From NCBI GenBank assembly GCA_050293845.1, contig JBNKNM010000002.1:13161-77160 (forward strand): 64,000 nucleotides of DNA, in the 5' to 3' direction. Below, piece after piece: positions 8,652 to 17,598 of this stretch. The position numbers and the translations under genes are program-made. The notes under the pieces were generated by a model. It saw only the letters and a list, made by a program, of their open reading frames with translations. It was not told the origin of the DNA and did no database searches. Positions within the stretch are counted from its first letter, which is position 1. Every line of letters starts with the position of its first letter. The DNA comes from Pseudobacteriovorax sp. Its GTDB lineage: Bacteria; Bdellovibrionota_B; Oligoflexia; Oligoflexales; Oligoflexaceae.

Positions 8652-9178
8652 TATTTGTCCTCAGCACGCATTTTAGCTAATTGAGATTCGATTTCTATTA
8701 TTTTGTCTTGCATGCTGTCAAGGCGCTCTTGATACCGCATGATTTCGTGTAGATGATCATGTATGCGTAATAAGTTTGCCACTCGAATGGGTATAGAGTC
8801 AATGTGCTTAGGGTTAACTATGTCGAAGTACCAATTGTTAGCAGCAAATTCATGCATAGCTGAAGATAGCTCGTAGCCCTCTACTTCGCTAAAGATCAAT
8901 GCTGGAGTCCAGATACTATTTTGGTGTAAGATGCGTTTATTAATGCCTAATAACCATTGGGAAAATTCGTGATCTTCGACCAGCAAGGCTGAGATCAGAA
9001 GTAAGTCACAAGGGTTAAAATTCTCACTGTCTAAGGATTTTAGTGTGATCAGGTCAAAGTCAGGCAAGAAGCTTAACTGTTTTTCAAAGTTCAACTTATG
9101 TGCATCAACAAACCTTTTCTCACTATCCCAATAACAAATACGTCGTCGCCTAAAAAAGTTAGAAGATTGTTTTTTCAA
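8651..9178 (-). CDS. Hypothetical protein; possible pseudo-receiver (REC-like) domain plus C-terminal coiled coil
   Basis: By-eye layout resembles a receiver domain (ICYWDS / CDLLLISALL / TPALIFS / NPKHI), but Ser sits where the phospho-acceptor Asp is expected. The C-terminus (ERLDSMQDKIIEIESQLAKMRAEDK) looks like heptad repeats. Confidence 0.3.
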   Translation of the reverse strand: MKKQSSNFFRRRRICYWDSEKRFVDAHKLNFEKQLSFLPDFDLITLKSLDSENFNPCDLLLISALLVEDHEFSQWLLGINKRILHQNSIWTPALIFSEVEGYELSSAMHEFAANNWYFDIVNPKHIDSIPIRVANLLRIHDHLHEIMRYQERLDSMQDKIIEIESQLAKMRAEDK

Positions 9179-9257
9179 ACCTTTCTCCAGGGGCTAAAAT
9201 TATCGATGGAATTGTTATACTAGTCTAGCTGATTTCTTGATTTTCGAGGAGCATAAC

Positions 9258-10274
9258 ATGAAGTTAACGGTAGAAGTTCCCACACGAGTTGATCTTGCCG
9301 GTGGAACTTTGGATATATACCCTCTTACGGAGGTACTAGAATACAGTTGCACCATTAATGTTGGGGTTAATCTAAGCGCTCGTGTCAGTATTGAGGCCAA
9401 GGATGGTGTTTCGGAAGTAAGGAGTATGGACCAAAGACAGACCCAGATATTAGCTCCGCAATGGCGATCTAAATCCCAACTTCCGCTTATTTCTGAGATC
9501 TATTTTCGCATGTGGGAGCAAAATTGGCCATCTGTTTTAATCACTACTTCCTGTCAATCACCGTCGGGAGCAGGTTTGGGGGGGTCTTCCGCCCTAGGCA
9601 TTGGAGTGGCTACAGCCCTTAATCTTTGGGCTTACAAAAATGGTTGGGCGGAAAAGCTTTCAGAGAAAAGCATTGTTGCCATGGTGCAGTCTATAGAAAC
9701 TCGTGTGATTCATTGTCCAACCGGGTGCCAAGACTACTGGGGGGCGGTGAGGGGGCGTATCAACCTCATTCATTTCAATGATGGGTCTCCCGTAGTTGAA
9801 ACCCTCAACGCGGAAGATGCTGGATATTTGAAGGATCGACTGATTCTTTGTTACTCTGGTAAATCACGGGCATCCGGTATGAATAATTGGTCGATATTCA
9901 AACAAGTTTTCGATGGAGATAAGACGCTGATTCAGCAACTAAACAGCATCGGTAAAGTAACACAGCTAATGGCGAAAGCCATTAAACAAAAAGATTGGCC
10001 GCAAGCAGTGGATCTTTCTGGCGAAGAGTGGGTTTTGAGAAAACAATTGTGGCCCCATATAGAAACATCAGAAACTCGTAGTATCGATGAGCTAGCGCTT
10101 GCTGCAGGAGCAAAGTTTACAAGGGTATGTGGTGCAGGAGGGGGAGGGGTTATGGCCATCCTGGTTGAACCAGATAAGTATGAAATAGTACGGGACCGAC
10201 TACAAAATAGTTCAGGTAGCGTTTTACAAGCTTTAATCAGCGATGAGGGAATACGTGCACAGATTATTGATTAA
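9258..10274 (+). CDS. GHMP-family kinase (sugar kinase-like; substrate unknown)
   Basis: GHMP motif II PSGAGLGGSSALGIGVA, N-terminal PTRVDLAGGTLDIYPL, and C-terminal CGAGGGGVM. I prefer the ATG at 9258 (GAGGAG upstream) over the track start at 9237. Confidence 0.8.
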   Translation: MKLTVEVPTRVDLAGGTLDIYPLTEVLEYSCTINVGVNLSARVSIEAKDGVSEVRSMDQRQTQILAPQWRSKSQLPLISEIYFRMWEQNWPSVLITTSCQSPSGAGLGGSSALGIGVATALNLWAYKNGWAEKLSEKSIVAMVQSIETRVIHCPTGCQDYWGAVRGRINLIHFNDGSPVVETLNAEDAGYLKDRLILCYSGKSRASGMNNWSIFKQVFDGDKTLIQQLNSIGKVTQLMAKAIKQKDWPQAVDLSGEEWVLRKQLWPHIETSETRSIDELALAAGAKFTRVCGAGGGGVMAILVEPDKYEIVRDRLQNSSGSVLQALISDEGIRAQIID

Positions 10275-12522
10275 TACAGCGACGTTAGCCGTAGGGGTTC
10301 TATTATCAGCGGCCTGTGCCACGCAGAGGGTTCTCCCGCTTCTGGATATTACCGTTACGCCATTGCGTTTCCATCAGGCTACCAACTTTCAGGATCAAAT
10401 AAAAACATTCGAATTCCTACAGGCTCAAGAAGAATATCATCAGCTTAAGACCGAAGATATGAAGGATCTCCTCTGGGCTTTACACTATCAAGAAGTCGGT
10501 GATTTAAGAAAAAGTCTTGAATATTGGATGAAAATATTAAGTGATGACCATCCATCATTGCAAAATAAAGCCTTTGCAAGTTGGGTGACAACACTTGACC
10601 AAATTATGGGTCAGAAAAAAGAAATAGCTGCAATAGCCGCGTTTTTCTGGCAGGAGCCCCAGCTGCAACAAAGTAAATTTGCAAAGCGTCACGGCTGGAC
10701 TGAAGAGCAAAATATTTTACCAAAAATTGCTGCGATTTTAGATGTAAAAAACAATCTTGCAGCCAATGAAGGGAATATGCCGGAAGACCCCTTTCTTGCC
10801 ATCAAGGCCGCGCAGTACTGTGAGAACCCTGACGATTCTAGGTGGAGTACCTATCTAGAGGGACTCCCAGAAAGCCTTTTGGGCTATTGGCAGGCACTGA
10901 TTTTAGATTGTAAAGGTCAGCCTACTTTAGCTTTGGAAAAATTTGAAGCGATTTACAAAGATTTATCTACTGGTCAGGATTACCTGAGTTACGCCTACTA
11001 TGCAAGTAAAGCCATGATAAGATTGCAAAAGTATGTAGGGAACCGAGAGGCCACTGCTGATGCCTACAAAAGAACTTTGGAGCTAATCTATCGCAACGAT
11101 TTTCAACCTTCGCATCTCAACGAAGATAAGGACTTCCCATTATTTTACGAGAGACTCAATATTAAACTATGGACAGCACGTTACAATGCTTTAGTGGGAA
11201 ACTATAAGGAGGCTAGCACTCTCGTTCAGGAGGCCTTAGCCTCAGTAAAAGGCCAAAATCTGAAGGATTATTCTCGGAAAGAGGTCAGGAGTATTACCGA
11301 GCTTATGGCGGAAGCTTATCATATTAGCGCCTTTCGTATATCTCTAGAGCAACAGGAATATGATATTTCGGCCATGAATAGTGAATTGGGGGCACAGCTA
11401 GATCCTTTATCTGAAAACTGGAAATGGAGGTTTCAATGGTATAAAGGCTGGTACCGCTACCTCCAAGGAATGGTGAAACAGGCACAAGATAGTTGGTTGG
11501 AGCTTGTGGAAGACGATATTGCTTCCGTTTGGCGTGAAAAGGCTTTGTTTTGGCTAGCCTTCACAATGAAGAACTTGCAAAAGCAAAAAGCATTTGAAAT
11601 CTATCGCGATCGACTTTATCGGGATTTTCCCTTTGGCTTTTATACTATTTACAGCGGCCTTAAATTAGGGTGGGCGCAGTCAAATGACTTTAAAGCAGAA
11701 AACTTTCAGCACAAACTTTCTCAATGGAACCTTGATATAGCCCCCCTCATGGCTGATGAAGATCTCAAGATGTTGCACCAAAGGATTTTATTCGCTCTTA
11801 AATTGGGCAATAGCACGATTATTAAGGAGGAAATTCTTTCCCTCTATCGTCTGAGCCGAAAAAGAATATCAACAAATCATCTTGAGACTTATCTCTATAT
11901 TAGTCGCTTGCTGCTTGTGGGGCACCAGTATCCCCTGGCGATGGGATTAAGTTTTGAGCTATCCCAAAGATTTGAAGATTTGTGGGAAACATACCCCGAA
12001 CAGATTTTGGTGTCTTTTCCCAACGCATATTTTCACGAAGTCAAAGCTGTGGCTCAAGATAATAACTTAGATCCCTATTTGTTATTGGGGTTAATCCGTC
12101 AAGAGAGTGCATTCGACAGGGAGGCTACAAGTTGGATAGGGGCTAAGGGCTTACTCCAGCTGATGCCGCATACAGCAGCAAAATATTTACAAGAATTTCC
12201 GATGAATGAAGAAGCTTTAACGAGCAGCCTGGAAGAACCTCTGTTCAACCTTCAGTTAGCGGGAAAACACCTCTCCTATCTGCAACAGCACTATAAGGGG
12301 GATCTTTTTAAGGTCTGTGCTGCCTATAACGCTGGTGAGTATGTCGTTGATCGCTGGATCACCCGCCGTCGTGGAGAAAATGAGTTGGTATGGCTGGAAA
12401 ATATACCCTTTTCAGAAACCCAGAAGTATGTCAAATTTGTAATACGCAATCGCATCGTGTATCAAAAAATCTATGACCTCGAAGATAGCCATACTATTAA
12501 GGCTCCCCAGGGTGAGATATGA
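10243..12522 (+). CDS. slt: Soluble lytic murein transglycosylase (Slt70-like), probable lipoprotein
   Basis: C-terminal SLT domain GLIRQESAFD...GAKGLLQLMP...AAYNAGEYVVDRW after a long helical repeat region. N-terminal lipobox-like LLSAAC. The start is uncertain (32-nt overlap with the kinase gene). Confidence 0.85.
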   Translation: MREYVHRLLINTATLAVGVLLSAACATQRVLPLLDITVTPLRFHQATNFQDQIKTFEFLQAQEEYHQLKTEDMKDLLWALHYQEVGDLRKSLEYWMKILSDDHPSLQNKAFASWVTTLDQIMGQKKEIAAIAAFFWQEPQLQQSKFAKRHGWTEEQNILPKIAAILDVKNNLAANEGNMPEDPFLAIKAAQYCENPDDSRWSTYLEGLPESLLGYWQALILDCKGQPTLALEKFEAIYKDLSTGQDYLSYAYYASKAMIRLQKYVGNREATADAYKRTLELIYRNDFQPSHLNEDKDFPLFYERLNIKLWTARYNALVGNYKEASTLVQEALASVKGQNLKDYSRKEVRSITELMAEAYHISAFRISLEQQEYDISAMNSELGAQLDPLSENWKWRFQWYKGWYRYLQGMVKQAQDSWLELVEDDIASVWREKALFWLAFTMKNLQKQKAFEIYRDRLYRDFPFGFYTIYSGLKLGWAQSNDFKAENFQHKLSQWNLDIAPLMADEDLKMLHQRILFALKLGNSTIIKEEILSLYRLSRKRISTNHLETYLYISRLLLVGHQYPLAMGLSFELSQRFEDLWETYPEQILVSFPNAYFHEVKAVAQDNNLDPYLLLGLIRQESAFDREATSWIGAKGLLQLMPHTAAKYLQEFPMNEEALTSSLEEPLFNLQLAGKHLSYLQQHYKGDLFKVCAAYNAGEYVVDRWITRRRGENELVWLENIPFSETQKYVKFVIRNRIVYQKIYDLEDSHTIKAPQGEI

Positions 12523-12601
12523 TTTTTCCTTTTTATTGACCTGACAACATGATACAAATTTTGCGACTTTGATTAACAGTATCTTGTGGAGATTAGATTT
12601 C

Positions 12602-12745
12602 ATGAGTAGCAAAGAATTGCAGGAAAAAAATGCCCGTGAAATTACTGGGTGGCTGACTATGGCGCTGATGATGACTCTTTTTCCCATATTATTCTTTTTA
12701 TGTGTATGGGCGCCAATGTGGTTCGGAAGTACCACTCCTTACTAG
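12602..12745 (+). CDS. Small predicted membrane protein (47 aa), not in the ORF track
   Basis: ATG at 12602 with GGAGA 9 nt upstream. Translation: MSSKELQEKNAREITGWLTMALMMTLFPILFFLCVWAPMWFGSTTPY, with one hydrophobic span. TAG at 12743-12745. It sits just upstream of the heme O synthase gene. Confidence 0.4.
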   Translation: MSSKELQEKNAREITGWLTMALMMTLFPILFFLCVWAPMWFGSTTPY

Positions 12746-12831
12746 TGCAACATAACTTTCTATTGCCTCCCACTTGAAAAAAATAGTAAGTCACATAGCC
12801 TTTGGTAAATTTCTAGCTAGGGGCGGGCAAA

Positions 12832-13755
12832 ATGAAGAGTCAGGTAGGTGTGAATATGTCCATTCAGCGCGCAGGCGTTACGGCTACCCTATTGACAACG
12901 CTGCGGTCCATACTACAGATGATGAAACCAACAATTTCACTTTTGGTAGTTGTTACGGTAATTCCTTCTTACTTGATTGCCAGTCAAGGGACGTCATCGC
13001 TATCTCTCTTACTGATAGTATTGCTGGGGACCTTTTTGGCTTCCGGTTCCGCTGGTATATTCAACCACCTAGCCGACTCTGATATCGATGGCTATATGAA
13101 TCGGACTAGCTCCCGGCCTCTACCCACGGGCAAAGTAAGTACTTTTGGGGCATCGACTGCGGCTGTTCTGTTGGGTGTAAGTTCGTTCTATATCCTCTAT
13201 ATGCATGCTACTCCCTTGGCTGCATGGATAGCCTTGGGGGCTAATGCTTTTTATGTATTAATTTATACGATGTATCTCAAACGCCGTACCGTGCACAATA
13301 TAGTCATTGGCGGTGCTGCTGGTGCCGTAGGGCCTCTTATAGGCTATGCTGCGGTTAAAGGAAGCCTAGACCTATCATCAATCCTCTTATTTTTGATCAT
13401 TTTCCTCTGGACCCCTCCCCACTTTTGGGCCCTGGCCATTAAATACCGCAAGGACTATTCTAAAGCTGGTATTCCCATGCTGCCATCCGTTAAAGGAGTT
13501 TGGGTGAGTAAGCAGCATATATTCTTCTATACTCTGACTTTAATTCCGACTGTGTTGAGTCTGTTCTTTCTGGGAACAGCGGGGTGGCTGTATTTTATAG
13601 CTAGTGGTTCTCTAACCTTATACTTCGTATGGCTGGCTTATAAGCTACTGCGATCCAAAGGGGAAGAAGAGGCCATGCCTCTATTTCTGTATTCTTGCTT
13701 TTACTTATTCGGAATTTTTGGTTTCTTGGCCCTCGATCTCATGATTATAGCATGA
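12832..13755 (+). CDS. ctaB: Protoheme IX farnesyltransferase (heme O synthase)
   Basis: UbiA-family Asp-rich motif NHLADSDIDGYMNRTSSRPLPTG and multiple TM segments. An alternative start is the ATG at 12856, preceded by AGGTAGGTG. Confidence 0.88.
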   Translation: MKSQVGVNMSIQRAGVTATLLTTLRSILQMMKPTISLLVVVTVIPSYLIASQGTSSLSLLLIVLLGTFLASGSAGIFNHLADSDIDGYMNRTSSRPLPTGKVSTFGASTAAVLLGVSSFYILYMHATPLAAWIALGANAFYVLIYTMYLKRRTVHNIVIGGAAGAVGPLIGYAAVKGSLDLSSILLFLIIFLWTPPHFWALAIKYRKDYSKAGIPMLPSVKGVWVSKQHIFFYTLTLIPTVLSLFFLGTAGWLYFIASGSLTLYFVWLAYKLLRSKGEEEAMPLFLYSCFYLFGIFGFLALDLMIIA

Positions 13756-14687
13756 AGCCCATAGTTTCGGTTTCAGCAACAAGCTTTTGTGGCAACAGCG
13801 ATTTGGTGGAAGATGCCCGCCGCAGGTTTCCAGACATCACCTTCAAGTTCTGCTCACCTCAGCAACAATGGAATCAACTGACCTTAAGTGAATTTCTATC
13901 GGGGAGTTCCGGATGGATTGTGGGGAAGGAACCGGTTTCTGATGATTTACTAAAGAAAATCCCCGGGCTTAGGGTTATCAGTAAATACGGTGTAGGTATT
14001 GATAATATTGATTTTGCTGCCTGTGATCGTCGGGGAGTCGCTGTGTACTTCGAATCAGGGGTTAACAGCCAGGAGGTCGCTGAGCTGACCCTAGGTTTGA
14101 TGATCAGTGCATCACGTAATATTGGTAAAGGGTTGTGGCATCTTAAACAGGGCCGCTGGGTTAAGGATGGTGGTCAAAACTTCAGCGGTAAAAAAGTAGG
14201 TATTGTTGGCTTTGGTCATGTTGGCTCAAAAGTAGCGGCGCTTTGTAAGAGCTTTGGCTGTCAGGTCCTTGTCAATGATATTCAGGACTATTTTGAGGAA
14301 ACTCACCAAAAAGGCTACAAATGGTTAGATCTTGGCTCAATTGTTGCTGAATCAGATATATTGAGTTTTCATGTGCCTTTGACCGAAAAGACTAGGAGCA
14401 TGCTGAGTGGACCCCTACTGAATTCTCTTAGCCCGAACGTCATAGTGGTTAATACTAGCCGGGGTGAAGTCATTGATCAGAAGGCTTTGACCAAGATGCT
14501 GGCTGAAAAGCGTATTCGGGGGCTGGCCCTCGATGTTTACACTGAGGAGCCATTGAAGGATAACTCTTTGTATTCACAAGATGATTTTATAGGGACGGCG
14601 CATATTGCGGGAAACAGCCGTGAAGCAGTGTGGAAGATGGGTCAGGCAGCATTGAATGGAATCAAAAAAATCCTACTTGATCAGTAA
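13752..14687 (+). CDS. D-isomer-specific 2-hydroxyacid dehydrogenase family protein (PGDH-like)
   Basis: NAD fold GKKVGIVGFGHVGSKVA and catalytic-region HIAGNS. The ATG at 13752 forms an ATGA overlap with the ctaB stop. The track start at 13695 is an upstream extension. Confidence 0.82.
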   Translation: MKPIVSVSATSFCGNSDLVEDARRRFPDITFKFCSPQQQWNQLTLSEFLSGSSGWIVGKEPVSDDLLKKIPGLRVISKYGVGIDNIDFAACDRRGVAVYFESGVNSQEVAELTLGLMISASRNIGKGLWHLKQGRWVKDGGQNFSGKKVGIVGFGHVGSKVAALCKSFGCQVLVNDIQDYFEETHQKGYKWLDLGSIVAESDILSFHVPLTEKTRSMLSGPLLNSLSPNVIVVNTSRGEVIDQKALTKMLAEKRIRGLALDVYTEEPLKDNSLYSQDDFIGTAHIAGNSREAVWKMGQAALNGIKKILLDQ

Positions 14688-14732
14688 ACATTAATGCTTA
14701 TATTTAAATGTGCTTTGATCTGACTGCGAGGA

Positions 14733-14960
14733 ATGCAAATGTTTGACGAAATCAAAAAAATTATTGCTGACGATATCAATCCTCAGCTGGAGCTGCATGC
14801 TGGTGGCTGCGAGTTGCTCGATGTGGAGGATGGTATTGTAACCCTCCGACTATACGGAGGATGTTCGGGATGCCCCTCATCACAGATTACACTATTTAAC
14901 GGCATTGTCCCTATTCTCAAGGAAAAAATTCCTGACATAAAAGATGTAGTTTTAGGATAG
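14733..14960 (+). CDS. NifU C-terminal (Nfu) domain protein, second copy
   Basis: HAGGCELLDVEDGIVTLRLYGGCSGCPSSQITL carries the canonical Nfu CxxC (CSGC). 75 aa, domain only. Confidence 0.8.
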   Translation: MQMFDEIKKIIADDINPQLELHAGGCELLDVEDGIVTLRLYGGCSGCPSSQITLFNGIVPILKEKIPDIKDVVLG

Positions 14961-15109
14961 GCTTTTGACAACTGCTAGGGAATCTTACGAAGCACTTCTC
15001 CCTATGTCTCCATATTATAGTATTTTTTTTATGGAATAGGGATTGCAGGTTAACAGATAGCCTTCCTGGCTTATTTACTGTTGTAGTTACCTGCTGAAGT
15101 GGAGACCTT

Positions 15110-15412
15110 ATGGCATCGATCGTATTTGAGTGTAATTTAGATGATGAAACTATGTCAGCGCTCAAGGAACTGCGATCGCTGCGACATCAGGTACTTAAGA
15201 AAATTTTGGACGACATAAATGGTACTGTGAAGTACTTGGTTGCTACAGAAGCGATTCCTGCCCATGAACAAAAATCCCAGACACCCCAGGTTCAGGCGGA
15301 AGTTAAGGCGAAGCTGGAAGAGCTTGAGCAAAGGATGCAAGTCCCCCATATCATCTTTGCTGATGAAATCGAAATGTACCTAGACCTGCTATCTTCAGAG
15401 CCGACCCATTAA
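15110..15412 (+). CDS. Hypothetical protein (100 aa)
   Basis: ORF only. It overlaps the map 3' end convergently by 4 nt. No motif recognised. Confidence 0.35.
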   Translation: MASIVFECNLDDETMSALKELRSLRHQVLKKILDDINGTVKYLVATEAIPAHEQKSQTPQVQAEVKAKLEELEQRMQVPHIIFADEIEMYLDLLSSEPTH

Positions 15413-16182
15413 TTTAATGGACGATAGTTTTTAGTTACAGTGAGAACTTCAACTTCGCCATTGCTACGAATGGCAAGTGTATGTTCAAATTGCGCACTTA
15501 GAGAGCCATCAATAGTAACTGCAGTCCAGCCATCTTTCTTAACCTTGGTTTTCCAGTGTCCTTGATTGATCATGGGCTCGATGGTAAATACCATACCTTT
15601 CTCCAACATTTTTCCACTATCCTTTTTGCCATAGTGAGGGATTTGAGGGTCTTCATGGAACTTTTTCCCAATGCCATGACCAACGAACTCTTTGACAACA
15701 GAATAATTGAATTTTTGAGCGTGGTCTTGGATTGCGGCTCCGATATCGCCCACCCGTCCTCCGACGCGGACCTGAGCTATACCAAGGTCGAGGCATTCTT
15801 TGGTGACGCGGACCAATTTTTCGGCTTCAGGCCGGGGACGACCGACATGAAATGTGCGTGAACTATCGCCATGGTAACCATCCATAATAGGTGTTACATC
15901 AATATTGACGATATCACCGTCTCGCAATTTCACCTTGGAGCTGGGAATACCGTGACAGACAATATCATTGATACTGGTGCAGATAGATTTTGGAAATCCC
16001 CGATAATTTAACGGTGCGCATATGGCACCATGTTTTTTAGTAAATTCGTGACAAATGTCGTTAAGTTCTAGAGTTGTGACGCCAGGTCTAACGTATTCTT
16101 CGATCATGTCTAAGGTTTTTGCTGCAAGGCCGCAAGCCGACTTCATGGCATCAATTTCGCTGTCGGTTTTTAAATCAATCAA
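15409..16182 (-). CDS. map: Type I methionine aminopeptidase
   Basis: VCHGIP, DGDIVNIDV, GHGIG and FTIEP metal-ligand blocks; 257 aa. Confidence 0.93.
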   Translation of the reverse strand: MIDLKTDSEIDAMKSACGLAAKTLDMIEEYVRPGVTTLELNDICHEFTKKHGAICAPLNYRGFPKSICTSINDIVCHGIPSSKVKLRDGDIVNIDVTPIMDGYHGDSSRTFHVGRPRPEAEKLVRVTKECLDLGIAQVRVGGRVGDIGAAIQDHAQKFNYSVVKEFVGHGIGKKFHEDPQIPHYGKKDSGKMLEKGMVFTIEPMINQGHWKTKVKKDGWTAVTIDGSLSAQFEHTLAIRSNGEVEVLTVTKNYRPLN

Positions 16183-16289
16183 ACCAGTTTCCTTTTTACA
16201 AGTGCTGTATTTATATATAGTATCCTAACCATTGCGCCAAAATAATTAGCATTCCTTGTTAGTTAAGATAAGTATCAAAGGTGATCTTT

Positions 16290-17402
16290 ATGGTTGGCTC
16301 CAAAAAAGCAAGCGACATTATTATTATTGGTGCAGGAGCAACCGGACTTTCCACTTACTATCATCTGAAACAGCTAGGTTACAATATCAAAATCATTGCA
16401 AGTGAGTCAAAAAACACTACAACTGATAAGGCATCCCATTGGATAGCTTCTGGTCAAAACGACTTAATAACCCGGCTCTACCATGCCCATGGTAGGAAGT
16501 CGGGAGGCCTGGTCTGGGGGTTTGGCGATGCCGCATTTGATTATTTTACCCAATTCTGTGAGCAAGAACGTATCCCCCTAGTCTATGGTGATCGGATCTA
16601 TCTATCCAGCTCACCCATGGAGCAGGAGGAGCTTGTCCAGGTTGGCGATATCTTGCAGGATACCCCTAAGGCTCTCCAAAACATCAGCCTATCATCCTTA
16701 AGCGGCAGCAAACAAAGCCAAGCGGCAGGTTTTTTTAATTATCAGCGCTTTCATGAGGTCTTGGGGACGGAGCAGCTGGAAATTGATACCATCAAAGCTG
16801 TCAAAGAACATGCAGGCGGGATCACTCTGGAGGGGTCAAAAGGTAGCTACTCTAGCGAACTTGTTGTTTTATGTAATCACGTTAATATAAATAATTTTAG
16901 TATATTGCCATCTGAAGCCCTGGTGCCCTTTGCCGACCAGTGGTCAGCGGTCACACTTAAAAAAGATCATGCTCTTGAGGTGCCTAATGGTTCACTGATA
17001 ACTTGGAATTTCGGTTATTTCTGGGTTAGCCTTCGCGGTCCGCAACTAGCTCATTTAGGAGGAGCTAGGTTTATGCGTCCCCTAGCAGGAATTGGCGCTG
17101 AGGAGGCGAGAGTCTTGCAACCAGTAACACAGCGCTATATTAGTGAGGCGGAAAAGCAGTTGGGTATCGAAGTAAAGGAGGTGATTCAGGAATCTGCAGC
17201 CTTGGGGTGTCGTGCCTGTGATGAGCTGCCGGTCTTGGGTCCGAGCCCCAGCAACCATCGGATTTTATTAGCAACGGGCTTTATGGGGCAGGGCATTTGC
17301 CAAGGGCTCTATGCAGGATACTGTTTGGCAAGTTTGATCGAAAATGGTAGTTCAACTTTGATACCAAGGAAGTTATGGCCAGAAAGATTACGCCACCTGT
17401 GA
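16290..17402 (+). CDS. FAD-dependent oxidoreductase (DAO family)
   Basis: N-terminal dinucleotide fold DIIIIGAGATGLSTYYHL. The ATG at 16290 follows AGGTGA. The track starts at the GTG at 16281. Confidence 0.7.
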   Translation: MVGSKKASDIIIIGAGATGLSTYYHLKQLGYNIKIIASESKNTTTDKASHWIASGQNDLITRLYHAHGRKSGGLVWGFGDAAFDYFTQFCEQERIPLVYGDRIYLSSSPMEQEELVQVGDILQDTPKALQNISLSSLSGSKQSQAAGFFNYQRFHEVLGTEQLEIDTIKAVKEHAGGITLEGSKGSYSSELVVLCNHVNINNFSILPSEALVPFADQWSAVTLKKDHALEVPNGSLITWNFGYFWVSLRGPQLAHLGGARFMRPLAGIGAEEARVLQPVTQRYISEAEKQLGIEVKEVIQESAALGCRACDELPVLGPSPSNHRILLATGFMGQGICQGLYAGYCLASLIENGSSTLIPRKLWPERLRHL

Positions 17403-17414
17403 AGGAGACCGCCG

Positions 17415-17594
17415 ATGATCGTAAAGTGCCCTGAATGTGGGAAGTCTACCATTTATTCGTCAGAAAATGAGTTCAGACCTTTCTGTAGCCAAAGATGTCA
17501 AACTATTGATATTGCGTCTTGGGCCGATGAAAAATATACCATTCCCGTATGGGAAGAGTCTCCTGGCGATAATGGTTCATCTGGTGATGACTAA
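17415..17594 (+). CDS. yacG: DNA gyrase inhibitor YacG (zinc finger), not in the ORF track
   Basis: MIVKCPECGKSTIYSSENEFRPFCSQRCQTIDIASWADEKYTIP matches the YacG pattern CPxCGK...FRPFCSxRCxxIDLxxWaxE.y.IP. GAAGGAGA lies upstream of the ATG. 59 aa. Confidence 0.85.
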   Translation: MIVKCPECGKSTIYSSENEFRPFCSQRCQTIDIASWADEKYTIPVWEESPGDNGSSGDD

Positions 17595-17598
17595 GGCT

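Noticed and set aside
12412-12735. 107-aa minus-strand ORF spanning the slt 3' end and the following gap
   Set aside because: It overlaps the slt coding end antisense and has no SD. The plus-strand 47-codon ORF with an SD explains the gap better.
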